A DNA stretch of 38,304 nt from a virus: the IMG/VR virus record IMGVR_UViG_3300042289_000484. One strand, given 5' to 3'. Below are positions 7,659 to 16,024 of the stretch, piece after piece. The notes under the pieces are model-generated. The model did not search any database. It was given only the letters and a program-made list of their open reading frames with translations, and had not been told where the DNA came from. A program made the position numbers and the translations under genes. The stretch's first letter is position 1. Every line of letters begins with the position of its first letter.

Positions 7659-7690
7659 GCCCGATGATGGAAATTGTCGGGTATTTTTTA
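7659..7690 (+). terminator. Hairpin plus T-run
   Basis: cccgat / gtcggg stem followed by tatttttt. Confidence 0.5.
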
Positions 7691-7709
7691 ACATGAAACA
7701 ACGCAAAAA

Positions 7710-9092
7710 ATGAATTACCAGGAGTTTATTGAATCAAAAAAACATAAGTCTGAAAACTTTGGTATTGAGCCAAAGTGGATACCGGATGAAATGTTTGACT
7801 ATCAGAAGTATGTGGCTGAATACGCCATCAGAAAGGGCAGGTGCGCTGTCTTTCTTGATACCGGACTTGGTAAGACAATCATTGAGCTTACCACAGCGAT
7901 AAACTACATGATGCACACAAATAAGCCTGTGCTGATAATAACACCGCTGGCAGTGGCTTTTCAGTTTTTGACAGAGGCAGAAAAGTTTGGTATTACAGAT
8001 ATTGAATACAGCAAAGACGGTTCATTTACAAAAAAAATAGTAGTCTGCAATTACGAGCGACTTGACTATTTTAACTCTACCGACTTTGACTGTGTGATAC
8101 TTGACGAATCGTCTATCCTGAAAAACTTTGGAGGTGCCATAAAGCACAATATCACCACCTTCCTGAAAAAGGTGTCATACCGATTCCTGTTTACAGCAAC
8201 GCCATCGCCAAACGATTTTATTGAACTTGGTACATCATCTGAAGCGCTTGGTTATATGGGGTATATGGATATGCTTGGCAAATTCTTTGCCAACAACGAA
8301 AATAACATCAGGCCGCAGGACATAGGCACAAAGTTTTATCTGAAGCCACACGCAAAAGAGGCTTTTTTCAGGTGGGTAGGATCATGGTCAATATCAATGA
8401 GAAAGCCATCCGATTTAGGCTTCAGCGATGAGCGCCACATACTTCCAAAGTTGTTGCGCAACTACCATTCCGTAAAAAACGATGAAAATTGGATTATCAA
8501 CGGGCAGGTGCTGATGTTTTCAATTGTAGCGCAAAGAATGTCAGAGGTAAGAGAAGAGCAAAAAATGACTATCAAGAACAGAGTGGACAAGGCTATTGAA
8601 TTAGCCTCTGTTAACGATACTTCTGTTTACTGGGTGAATTTCAATGACGAGGGCGATTTGATTGAAGATATTGATGCTGATTCAATTCAGATACACGGCT
8701 CAATGTCGCTTGAAAAGAAAGAGGATATACTGTTTGACTTTGCCAAAGGCAATATCAAGCGACTTATCACAAAGCCAAAAATAACCGCATTCGGCTTAAA
8801 CTGGCAGCATTGCAATCACACCGTTTACTTTCCTACATTCAGCTTTGAGCAGTATTACCAGGCAATCAGAAGATTTTGGAGGTTCGGGCAAAAAAGAGAT
8901 GTGATTGTTGACATCGTGTATTCTGATGGACAAAAACGAGTGCTTGACGCGCTGAATCAGAAAACAGGTAAGGCAAACGAGCTATTCGGAATCCTGAATC
9001 AAAATCTGAATACATCATACGTTCACCAAAAGGCAGAGTTCAAAAAAGACATAACGCTGCCATCATTTTTAAACACGAGCCGAAATGATTAA
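7710..9092 (+). CDS. SNF2/DEAD-like superfamily 2 helicase
   Basis: LDTGLGKT (Walker A), VILDESS (DExx box) and QAIRRFWRFGQKRDV (SNF2 motif VI-like). Confidence 0.8.
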   Translation: MNYQEFIESKKHKSENFGIEPKWIPDEMFDYQKYVAEYAIRKGRCAVFLDTGLGKTIIELTTAINYMMHTNKPVLIITPLAVAFQFLTEAEKFGITDIEYSKDGSFTKKIVVCNYERLDYFNSTDFDCVILDESSILKNFGGAIKHNITTFLKKVSYRFLFTATPSPNDFIELGTSSEALGYMGYMDMLGKFFANNENNIRPQDIGTKFYLKPHAKEAFFRWVGSWSISMRKPSDLGFSDERHILPKLLRNYHSVKNDENWIINGQVLMFSIVAQRMSEVREEQKMTIKNRVDKAIELASVNDTSVYWVNFNDEGDLIEDIDADSIQIHGSMSLEKKEDILFDFAKGNIKRLITKPKITAFGLNWQHCNHTVYFPTFSFEQYYQAIRRFWRFGQKRDVIVDIVYSDGQKRVLDALNQKTGKANELFGILNQNLNTSYVHQKAEFKKDITLPSFLNTSRND

Positions 9093-10071
9093 TGAACAAC
9101 TAATCACCGACAATTATGCGATATACAACAGCGACTGTATGTATGTCCTTCCAACGCTGACTGACAAGTCAATTGATTTATCAGTCTATTCTCCACCGTT
9201 TGCCGGGCTGTACAATTACAGTTCGCATGAGAACGATTTTTCCAACTGTGAAAGCAAAGATCAATTTTTGCAGCAGTATGAGTTCTTGGTTGAGCAAATC
9301 AGCCGGGTAACAAAGCCGGGCAGAATATCAGCCGTTCATTGTCAGGACATTTGCGAGAATGTCACAAAGAACATCCTGTGGGATTTGCCGCACGAGATCA
9401 TCAAGATACACCTGAAACACGGCTTTACCTACCGGAACAGAATTACCATCTGGAAAGAGCCGTTAAAAGTTCGTATGCGCACGATGGTGGCGTCATTGAT
9501 GCACAAGTTGATAGTGGAGGACAGCACAAAGTGCTTTACCGCCATGCCCGACTATGTTCTGATTTTTGTAAAGAACGGAGAAAATCAGGTTCCAGTTCAG
9601 CATCCGGTAGGAATCACAGAATATGCCGGAGCAACACCGATGCTGCCTGAAATGGTTGAGATGTACGGCAATTATGAAGACTTGAAAAAGAAGTATGAAG
9701 GCCACGAAGACCCGAAGACAAACAAGCTGGCGCACATCCATTGGCAGCGATACGCCTCTTCTGTTTGGGATGACATCAGGAATGACAATGTGCTGCCATT
9801 CAGAGAGGCCCGCGAAGAGGATGATGAGAAGCACGTTCACCCGCTGCAACTTGACGTAATTGATCGGGTAGTTGAGCTTTACAGTAATCCGGGAGAAGTT
9901 GTGTTAACTCCGTTTATGGGAGTTGGTTCAGAAGTTTACAGTCCGGTTTCACATGGAAGAAAAGCCATCGGAATTGAACTGAAAGAATCCTACTACAAAC
10001 AGGCGACCATCAACGTGAAAGAGGCTGAAAAGCGGTTTATCGCAAAGAAAGCGCAACTTTCAATGTTCTGA
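9085..10071 (+). CDS. DNA methyltransferase (N6-adenine/N4-cytosine, beta-class motif order), orphan
   Basis: VYSPPF (motif IV) lies N-terminal and TPFMGVGSE (motif I FxGxG) C-terminal. 8-nt overlap with the helicase. No restriction enzyme nearby. Confidence 0.8.
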   Translation: MINEQLITDNYAIYNSDCMYVLPTLTDKSIDLSVYSPPFAGLYNYSSHENDFSNCESKDQFLQQYEFLVEQISRVTKPGRISAVHCQDICENVTKNILWDLPHEIIKIHLKHGFTYRNRITIWKEPLKVRMRTMVASLMHKLIVEDSTKCFTAMPDYVLIFVKNGENQVPVQHPVGITEYAGATPMLPEMVEMYGNYEDLKKKYEGHEDPKTNKLAHIHWQRYASSVWDDIRNDNVLPFREAREEDDEKHVHPLQLDVIDRVVELYSNPGEVVLTPFMGVGSEVYSPVSHGRKAIGIELKESYYKQATINVKEAEKRFIAKKAQLSMF

Positions 10072-10117
10072 ATAAAACGGGCCGTCATTAACCTGGCGGC
10101 CCACAAAAACACACACC

Positions 10118-10759
10118 ATGCCACAACAACCTAACAAAGTGGAACTCATAGGCCATTACGGAAGTGACGAGATAATCGCGCTAAGTGCCTGGACTTCCAC
10201 ATCACGCGACCTGACACCGGATAAACGCGACCGGATACCCGAACTGATACAAAAACTTTGGACATCGGGCCATAAGACGCCATTTGAGAAAGGCGTAGTT
10301 CATTTTCTTGTCACAACCGACATCGCAACGCACATACACCTGCTTAAACACCGGATTGCATCTATCAACGCTGAATCAGCGAGGTACAAGGAAATCAAGC
10401 ACGATCAATACTATGTACCGGATGACTTTGCAGGAGGTAAACAGCACGACTTTTGGACAGATGCACTGATTGAACACACGGAGCGCGGTAACCATCTATA
10501 TCATCAGTACCTGGCAGAGATGACACCCGTAATCGGACGCAAGCGCGCAAAGGAGGTAGCGCGTTATTTCAAGTCTTACAACAGTCAAATAACGGCTGAT
10601 GTCATGTTCAATATGTCCAGCTTTGCCAACTTCATCAAACTGCGAACAGCGCATGACGCACAGGTTGAGATTCAGCAGGTCGGCATACTGATGTGGGATG
10701 CCGTGCAAAGCATCGAGGGAAACCCGTTTCAACACACTTTAAAAGCGATTGCGCAATGA
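10118..10759 (+). CDS. thyX: Flavin-dependent thymidylate synthase ThyX
   Basis: KHRIASINAESARY fits the ThyX signature (R/K)HRxxSxxxxSxR. 213 aa is a typical length. Confidence 0.8.
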   Translation: MPQQPNKVELIGHYGSDEIIALSAWTSTSRDLTPDKRDRIPELIQKLWTSGHKTPFEKGVVHFLVTTDIATHIHLLKHRIASINAESARYKEIKHDQYYVPDDFAGGKQHDFWTDALIEHTERGNHLYHQYLAEMTPVIGRKRAKEVARYFKSYNSQITADVMFNMSSFANFIKLRTAHDAQVEIQQVGILMWDAVQSIEGNPFQHTLKAIAQ

Positions 10760-11013
10760 ACGAATCACAAAGAAAACAGGACTTGAGAAACGCAATAGTT
10801 GATCTTTACAACAATTTAGCGCGGGCGCGTGACATTTGCGATTCGATGCTGAAAGGGCTTGAAAATGAATCATTGACGCTTGAGTACGTAACAAAGATGC
10901 GTAAACGTCAAAGAATAATGGAACTGAACTACACAAATCAAGCCGTGCACGCAAGGATTAATCTGGCTGAATTAACGGACAGGATAATAGAAGAAATTAT
11001 TGAAACACTTTGA
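10756..11013 (+). CDS. Hypothetical small helical protein
   Basis: ATGA overlap with the thyX stop. 85 aa. Confidence 0.5.
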   Translation: MNESQRKQDLRNAIVDLYNNLARARDICDSMLKGLENESLTLEYVTKMRKRQRIMELNYTNQAVHARINLAELTDRIIEEIIETL

Positions 11014-11015
11014 CC

Positions 11016-11264
11016 ATGACCCAACTCACAACACACTCAAACGCAAACAGCATGAAAAACAATAGGGAGTATCGGCTTATTGTCCGGCTTACACACGATG
11101 AAGGCAAAGCAGTTGCAGAGGCTGCACAGGCAGCTAACCTATCTATGTCCGACCTTGTCAGGTCTTTACTATTTGAGCAGCCAAAGGTTAAGCATTCGGT
11201 AATGCTCAATGCCAAAAAAACTCAACGCTCTACATTGGCAGACAAGCCGAAGGTTACAATTTAA
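11016..11264 (+). CDS. Ribbon-helix-helix (MobC/CopG-like) DNA-binding protein
   Basis: YRLIVRLTHDEGKAVAEAAQAANLSMSDLVRSLL fits a beta-strand/helix/helix RHH pattern. Confidence 0.5.
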   Translation: MTQLTTHSNANSMKNNREYRLIVRLTHDEGKAVAEAAQAANLSMSDLVRSLLFEQPKVKHSVMLNAKKTQRSTLADKPKVTI

Positions 11265-11277
11265 AAGCAATCAGGCA

Positions 11278-11520
11278 ATGAAAAGACAAATGTTAAGGCA
11301 AAGCAAGCGATTGTCAAAAAATCGCAAAGATTACATTGATTTTATTACAGGTGTAGATGAAATTGCACTCACAGATGATGTCATTGACCATCTTGTAAAA
11401 AATGGCATAGACGGAGTTTATCCGACTAGGGAAAGGCTAATCTTCCTAAGGGAAAGCGGATTCACGCACTACAACACAAAAAGAAAGTCGTTTGTGACAC
11501 CTTCTGAGTACATTGATTAA
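11278..11520 (+). CDS. Hypothetical protein
   Basis: 80-aa ORF from ATG 11278; the track's earlier start overlaps the upstream gene. Confidence 0.45.
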   Translation: MKRQMLRQSKRLSKNRKDYIDFITGVDEIALTDDVIDHLVKNGIDGVYPTRERLIFLRESGFTHYNTKRKSFVTPSEYID

Positions 11521-11534
11521 AAAAGCGCTGAACC

Positions 11535-11759
11535 ATGAAAAAACTCACACCACAACAGTCGCTCGATGACCTGACTAATGAGTATATGACTATGGTCACA
11601 ATACTTGTCAGGTCAGGCGTGTACAATGACACAACCAAAGCGGCTACCAGAAGGTTCAAAGATGCAGCATTCCGGCATGGCAACCAAATGCGTGCGTTTG
11701 GGTATTTGGAAGCGAAAGCAGAGGAAATTGAACGAATCAAACATGAACGAGAAAGATGA
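11535..11759 (+). CDS. Hypothetical protein
   Basis: 74-aa ORF. Confidence 0.5.
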   Translation: MKKLTPQQSLDDLTNEYMTMVTILVRSGVYNDTTKAATRRFKDAAFRHGNQMRAFGYLEAKAEEIERIKHERER

Positions 11760-11887
11760 ACACTGATATACTTACATGGACTGTTTACATTGTTTATATC
11801 CTTGCGGTCATTCCACCGCTTGCATGGATATACAAAATGGCATTTGATTCTATTTTTTCAAAGAAAAAAGATGATGAAGATGAATAA
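11756..11887 (+). CDS. Small membrane peptide (43 aa), not in the ORF track
   Basis: ATGA overlap with the previous stop. MNTDILTWTVYIVYILAVIPPLAWIYKMAFDSIFSKKKDDEDE has one TM and a charged tail. Confidence 0.35.
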   Translation: MNTDILTWTVYIVYILAVIPPLAWIYKMAFDSIFSKKKDDEDE

Positions 11888-11895
11888 ACTTCCCG

Positions 11896-11903
11896 TATCT
11901 TTG
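11896..11903 (+). promoter_or_regulatory. -7 box TAtcTTTG
   Basis: Exact TAnnTTTG 9 nt after the small ORF's stop; about 160 nt of non-coding sequence follows. Confidence 0.45.
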
Positions 11904-11909
11904 TACTGC

Positions 11910-12050
11910 CTTCAGAGGCCGCCGAACTGGTAATCCGGCGTATCAAACGAAATTCAATAATTCAAAAACGCCTGTGACGGGCGGGTCTGCGCTTTTTTCG
12001 TTTCTGCGCAATGGCAAACCAAAGCCGCCCACCGTCACAGGCGTTTTTTT
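11910..12050 (+). ncRNA. Candidate structured non-coding transcript or origin element upstream of the initiator gene
   Basis: cgccg/cggcg hairpin (about 11918-11940). Imperfect 16-bp inverted repeat 11969-11984 / 12025-12043 around a 40-nt loop, flanked by A5 and T7. Confidence 0.25.
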
Positions 12051-12064
12051 ATTTGCAAAAAACC

Positions 12065-13018
12065 ATGTATCCACAATTTGAGCAAGACAACTATCCGAAC
12101 CTGTTTGCCGTCATTCCTGCAAAGGTCAGGTATGATAAAAACCTTTCATCTACTGCAAAATTGATCTTTGCAGAGGTAAGCGCGCTATCCAATAAAGAAG
12201 GTTATTGCTGGGCAAATAACGCCTACTTTGCCGACCTGTACGGATGCACAAAAGACACCATCTCAAGGGTAATCGCTGAACTTGAAAAGTTTGATTACAT
12301 AACTGTCATAATTGACAAGGCAGCAGGCAACAAGCGGCGTATTTATGCGCGTTTTGACCACTATTCAGCACCAAAACAGGTACCAACTATCAGGAAAAAC
12401 CCAAAAAACCTATCGGTTAAAAAACCGCAAGGTCACACGAAAAAAACCGATAATAATAATATAACTAATAATACAAGTATAATAAGAGAGAGAAGGCTCT
12501 CTGAAAAACCGAAATCCAACTTTTCAGATCAACCATACAACGACACGGTTAACCCGATGCTTTCAAGTCCAACGTGGGATCAGGTAATTTTTGCGGGCGC
12601 TAAATTGATGCCCGTTGAACCCTTACCTTCGGAGAATCCTTTTGATGAACGGGAACAGGCCGCCACATATTACGAAAAATCGCAATATGTTATCCAGCAG
12701 GGAGAGAAGTACACGACCGATTCAGATTTAGTTGCTGTGATGGCCAACTATTACCGGAGCAACCCACAGGAATACAAGGTCGGCATTCTGCAGGACGCTA
12801 AGGGCGCACGCTTCACACCTGAACAGATAAAAGACTTTACTGTCATGTGGGCGGCGCACGCCATCGCAAACAACAAGTACAACCGGACGGCACATCAGTT
12901 GCATCTTGACCTTAAGAAGTGGATATTGCGGGAATCGCAGTACAGCGCAAAGTCCATGAAGCAGGCAGGGAGTGCAGCTGCTCCGGTTATCAAGAAAAAA
13001 ACAGTAGATTTCATTTGA
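12065..13018 (+). CDS. Replication initiator-like protein with N-terminal winged-HTH
   Basis: NLSSTAKLIFAEVSALSNKEGYCWANNAYFADLYGCTKDTISRVIAELEKFDYI resembles the HTH of DnaD/phage replication initiators. Start moved to ATG 12065 because 12011-12064 overlaps the terminator-like hairpin. Confidence 0.55.
   Translation: MYPQFEQDNYPNLFAVIPAKVRYDKNLSSTAKLIFAEVSALSNKEGYCWANNAYFADLYGCTKDTISRVIAELEKFDYITVIIDKAAGNKRRIYARFDHYSAPKQVPTIRKNPKNLSVKKPQGHTKKTDNNNITNNTSIIRERRLSEKPKSNFSDQPYNDTVNPMLSSPTWDQVIFAGAKLMPVEPLPSENPFDEREQAATYYEKSQYVIQQGEKYTTDSDLVAVMANYYRSNPQEYKVGILQDAKGARFTPEQIKDFTVMWAAHAIANNKYNRTAHQLHLDLKKWILRESQYSAKSMKQAGSAAAPVIKKKTVDFI
12393..12512 (+). repeat. Five A-tract repeats (A5-7CC) plus an AT-rich stretch inside the initiator gene
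   Basis: aaaaacc, aaaaaacc, aaaaaacc, aaaaaaacc, aaaaacc with CC ending at 12401, 12410, 12426, 12448 and 12510. ataataataatataactaataatacaagtataataag lies between. Confidence 0.6.
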
Positions 13019-13039
13019 ACGACCTAAGACACAAACGAC

Positions 13040-13519
13040 ATGAAATACATAATCACAGGGCCGGCTGCATCAGGTAAAACCACCTTTGCAGCCACTTTAG
13101 AGGCCAAAGGTTTAAAGATTGCAAAAGCGATGACCACACGCCCGAAGCGCGGGCCACTTGACAGGGAGTACAATTTTGCAAGCGCCGAAGATGTTAAAAG
13201 TAGTTGCGAGATATACCACGTGTACAACAGTTGGTACTACGGATTCACAAAGACCCAACTGTTTGCATCTGATGTATTCATTGCGGGCGCTGAAATGGCG
13301 CTGAAACTTCAGGATTACTTTGGGGCTGACAAGTGCCTGGTTATCTTCCTGAATGCGCCTGAAAGCCTGCGAAGGATGCGCCTGAAGTTCAGGGATGACA
13401 AAGCCGATGGAGTTGACGAGCGCATAACACGCGATTACAAAGACTACGCGATGTTTTCGGATGCGGAGCGCTTTGATATTGAGATTTCCAACTTTACGCT
13501 GAATCAGCCCAAAGGATGA
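13040..13519 (+). CDS. Guanylate kinase-like / nucleoside monophosphate kinase
   Basis: GPAASGKTT P-loop and MTTRPKRGP..REYNF resemble the Gmk TTR.PR motif. Confidence 0.6.
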   Translation: MKYIITGPAASGKTTFAATLEAKGLKIAKAMTTRPKRGPLDREYNFASAEDVKSSCEIYHVYNSWYYGFTKTQLFASDVFIAGAEMALKLQDYFGADKCLVIFLNAPESLRRMRLKFRDDKADGVDERITRDYKDYAMFSDAERFDIEISNFTLNQPKG

Positions 13520-14976
13520 AAGAGCCTGTAATCATCGTAAAAGGCACGCCGCCATCATCGGAGGAACTTGAGCGCTCTGTATTGTCAGCGCTCCTGACAG
13601 ACCGTGACGCAGCAGCCAATATCATGGACATCCTCACGCCTGATGCGTTTTACAGCGATACGAACAGGGAGGTGTACAACTGCATTGCCATGCTGTACAG
13701 CAGAGGTAGCGCAATTGATATGCTGACTGTGACAAACGAGGTAAAGAAGTCCGGAAAAGTTGACCCGTTCTATGTGTCCGAACTTGCTATGATGCTGACA
13801 GGCACGGCCAATGCTGAATACTACGCTCGCATATTGACGCAAAAGCAAATCAGCCGTGCCATCATACGCACGGGTATTGAATCGGTCACAGATGCTTTGC
13901 AGGAGAAAACAGACCCGATTGAATTACTGGATAAGACAGAGCGCGAAATTTACGCCATCGGTCACGGGATAACCACAACCGATGCCGTGCAGGTCGGACA
14001 GGCAGTTCCTGAAATACTTAAGCGCATTGAGAAAGCCGCGCAATCCAAAGGCATCACGGGTATTGAAGGTGGCATCAGGCAATTTGACCGCCACACCGGA
14101 GGCTTTCAGCAGGGCGAACTGTATATCCTGGCAGGGCGCCCCGGCATGGGTAAAACGGCGCTTCTGCTTTCATGGGCTTTGAATATTGCAGCATCGGGCG
14201 TTCCGGTCGGCGTGTTCTCTTTGGAAATGACAAAGGACGAACTTGTCATGCGTCTACTGTCTATGCTTTCGGGCGTTCCATCGGCCAACATGAAAAAGGG
14301 CATGATGGCAGAGTCACAATGGCCCGAACTTATCAGGGCGTCAGAGCAACTATCTGCCATGCCGCTGTACATTGACGATGAGGGCGGGCAATCGGCAAGC
14401 GCCGTAAGATCGCGCGCACGCCGGATGGTGCAGCGTAACAAAGTGCAGGTTCTGTTTTTGGACTACCTGCAAAAGATGGCAGCGCCAAAGCAGTACGCAG
14501 GTAACAGGGAGGCAGAGGTAAATTACAATGTGCAGAGCCTGAAGAATATCGCAAAGGAACTCAAACTGCCATTTATCTGCCTGTCTCAGCTTTCGCGGGC
14601 CGTTGAAAGCAGAGCCGATAAAAAGCCGATACTGTCAGACCTTCGGGAATCGGGAGCAATCGAACAGGAGGCAGATATGGTGCTGTTCCTGTGGCGGCCT
14701 GAATACTATGGCATTACACAGGATGCAGAGGGCAACGATATGTCAGATGGCTATGTGGAGTTGGATGTAGCAAAGTTCCGGCACGGGCCAACTATGACCA
14801 TTCCGGTTAAGTTCATCAACGAACTTACCAAGTTCACAGACTACCGACATCCGAATGACTTTAAAGGTATCCAGCAAGCGCCTGTAAGCGATTTTAACTC
14901 ATGGGGCAACGCTATACACGATGCGCCTGTAATATCGCAGCACAGGCCAAATTTGGACGTTGAAATACCGTTTTAA
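13516..14976 (+). CDS. dnaB: Replicative DNA helicase DnaB with an extra C-terminal tail
   Basis: N-terminal ELERSVLSALL. GRPGMGKTA (Walker A), FLDYLQ (Walker B), LSQLSRAVE. 43-aa extension ends in LDVEIPF. Confidence 0.9.
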   Translation: MKEPVIIVKGTPPSSEELERSVLSALLTDRDAAANIMDILTPDAFYSDTNREVYNCIAMLYSRGSAIDMLTVTNEVKKSGKVDPFYVSELAMMLTGTANAEYYARILTQKQISRAIIRTGIESVTDALQEKTDPIELLDKTEREIYAIGHGITTTDAVQVGQAVPEILKRIEKAAQSKGITGIEGGIRQFDRHTGGFQQGELYILAGRPGMGKTALLLSWALNIAASGVPVGVFSLEMTKDELVMRLLSMLSGVPSANMKKGMMAESQWPELIRASEQLSAMPLYIDDEGGQSASAVRSRARRMVQRNKVQVLFLDYLQKMAAPKQYAGNREAEVNYNVQSLKNIAKELKLPFICLSQLSRAVESRADKKPILSDLRESGAIEQEADMVLFLWRPEYYGITQDAEGNDMSDGYVELDVAKFRHGPTMTIPVKFINELTKFTDYRHPNDFKGIQQAPVSDFNSWGNAIHDAPVISQHRPNLDVEIPF

Positions 14977-14992
14977 AAGTAAATCACAAAAC

Positions 14993-15220
14993 ATGAAACA
15001 CATCTTTCAAAAACTCACATCAAAACTCCCGCAATGGTTACGTGATGATTTGCAAAAACTTGCAATTGGCGGCGCGGTTGTTCTGCTTATCATCTTCATT
15101 GTGTGGATAGTCATGCTATTCAAACGCTATGCCGCTATCATTGCAACCACAGTTGCCGTTATCGGCTTTGCTTACATACTCGGTGAAATCATACTGGGTG
15201 TAAAAAATCGCAGGGCATGA
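14993..15220 (+). CDS. Small membrane protein
   Basis: 75 aa from ATG 14993, with two hydrophobic segments. Confidence 0.5.
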   Translation: MKHIFQKLTSKLPQWLRDDLQKLAIGGAVVLLIIFIVWIVMLFKRYAAIIATTVAVIGFAYILGEIILGVKNRRA

Positions 15221-15750
15221 AAGCGGTGACGCACGTAAACGATGAAGGCCGCATCACAAGCGCGGAGGCAATCACAGCCATCAGGCAGACGCTGAACGAA
15301 CAGCGAAACACGGAGGTGCTCATTACCATCATGCCTGCAATGGACATCCGGCGCACGTTTGATATTCTGCCTGAACAGGACTTGTTTGACCGTGTGAAAC
15401 ACCTGGATGCGCTTGCAAGTACGCACGTTGACCACACAGACATAAACGCTGTTCTTGACCTGCTGAATGAACTATCCGCATGGCTGCCTGAAGCGGGCAA
15501 ATGCCAGGCATCAGCAAAGTTTTATCTTCTTGTCGCTGTAGATGCTGTTATGTCTGCCATACCCGATGACATCAAGGTACTATCTATCAGCGAGCGTAAA
15601 AGATGGGTATCTGCACGAATAGCCGAATGGGAAGCAATGTTTGAACGATCAGAGAGGCTGTGCGCTGCCATCACGCACAGGTGCGATCACCTGCGAACAT
15701 TCGTCAGTTACGAAAAAGAACAGGCGAAAGCCGCCATTTCAGCAATTTAA
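15217..15750 (+). CDS. Hypothetical protein
   Basis: 177-aa ORF with ATGA overlap. Confidence 0.6.
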   Translation: MKAVTHVNDEGRITSAEAITAIRQTLNEQRNTEVLITIMPAMDIRRTFDILPEQDLFDRVKHLDALASTHVDHTDINAVLDLLNELSAWLPEAGKCQASAKFYLLVAVDAVMSAIPDDIKVLSISERKRWVSARIAEWEAMFERSERLCAAITHRCDHLRTFVSYEKEQAKAAISAI

Positions 15751-15752
15751 AG

Positions 15753-15760
15753 TAAATTTG
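15753..15760 (+). promoter_or_regulatory. -7 box TAaaTTTG
   Basis: Exact TAnnTTTG 18 nt upstream of ATG 15779. Confidence 0.4.
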
Positions 15761-15778
15761 TAACGCAAAAAAGGAAAC

Positions 15779-16024
15779 ATGAACCAACAAGTAGCAGCGC
15801 GTTTCAGGCTGATGTCAGAACATGAACGCGAAAAATTCACAGCAGAGTGCATTGAACAAGGTCTGACGGCTCACCAAACAGACCTGATGGAAAACCACAT
15901 CTGCGGGAGGCGTGCCGGGCAATTGGACGCAGAAACAAAACTGATAGGCCATTTTATGAAGTGGCCAAAGCAGGCAGACGCAGCACAATCTATTTTCACA
16001 AAATACACAACATCTACACGATGA
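15779..16024 (+). CDS. Hypothetical protein
   Basis: 81-aa ORF. Confidence 0.5.
   Translation: MNQQVAARFRLMSEHEREKFTAECIEQGLTAHQTDLMENHICGRRAGQLDAETKLIGHFMKWPKQADAAQSIFTKYTTSTR

Noticed and set aside
10072-10117. Terminator after the methyltransferase gene (gggccg/cggccc hairpin)
   Set aside because: The stem is only 6 bp and is followed by an A/C-rich leader rather than a T-run. It is probably just a stabilising or incidental hairpin.
12011-12064. N-terminal extensions in the ORF track (12011, and similarly 3729, 4478, 5789, 6878, 20993, 23823)
   Set aside because: The extensions run through terminator hairpins, promoter boxes or the preceding gene. Several start at non-ATG codons. Downstream ATGs give compact, non-overlapping genes.
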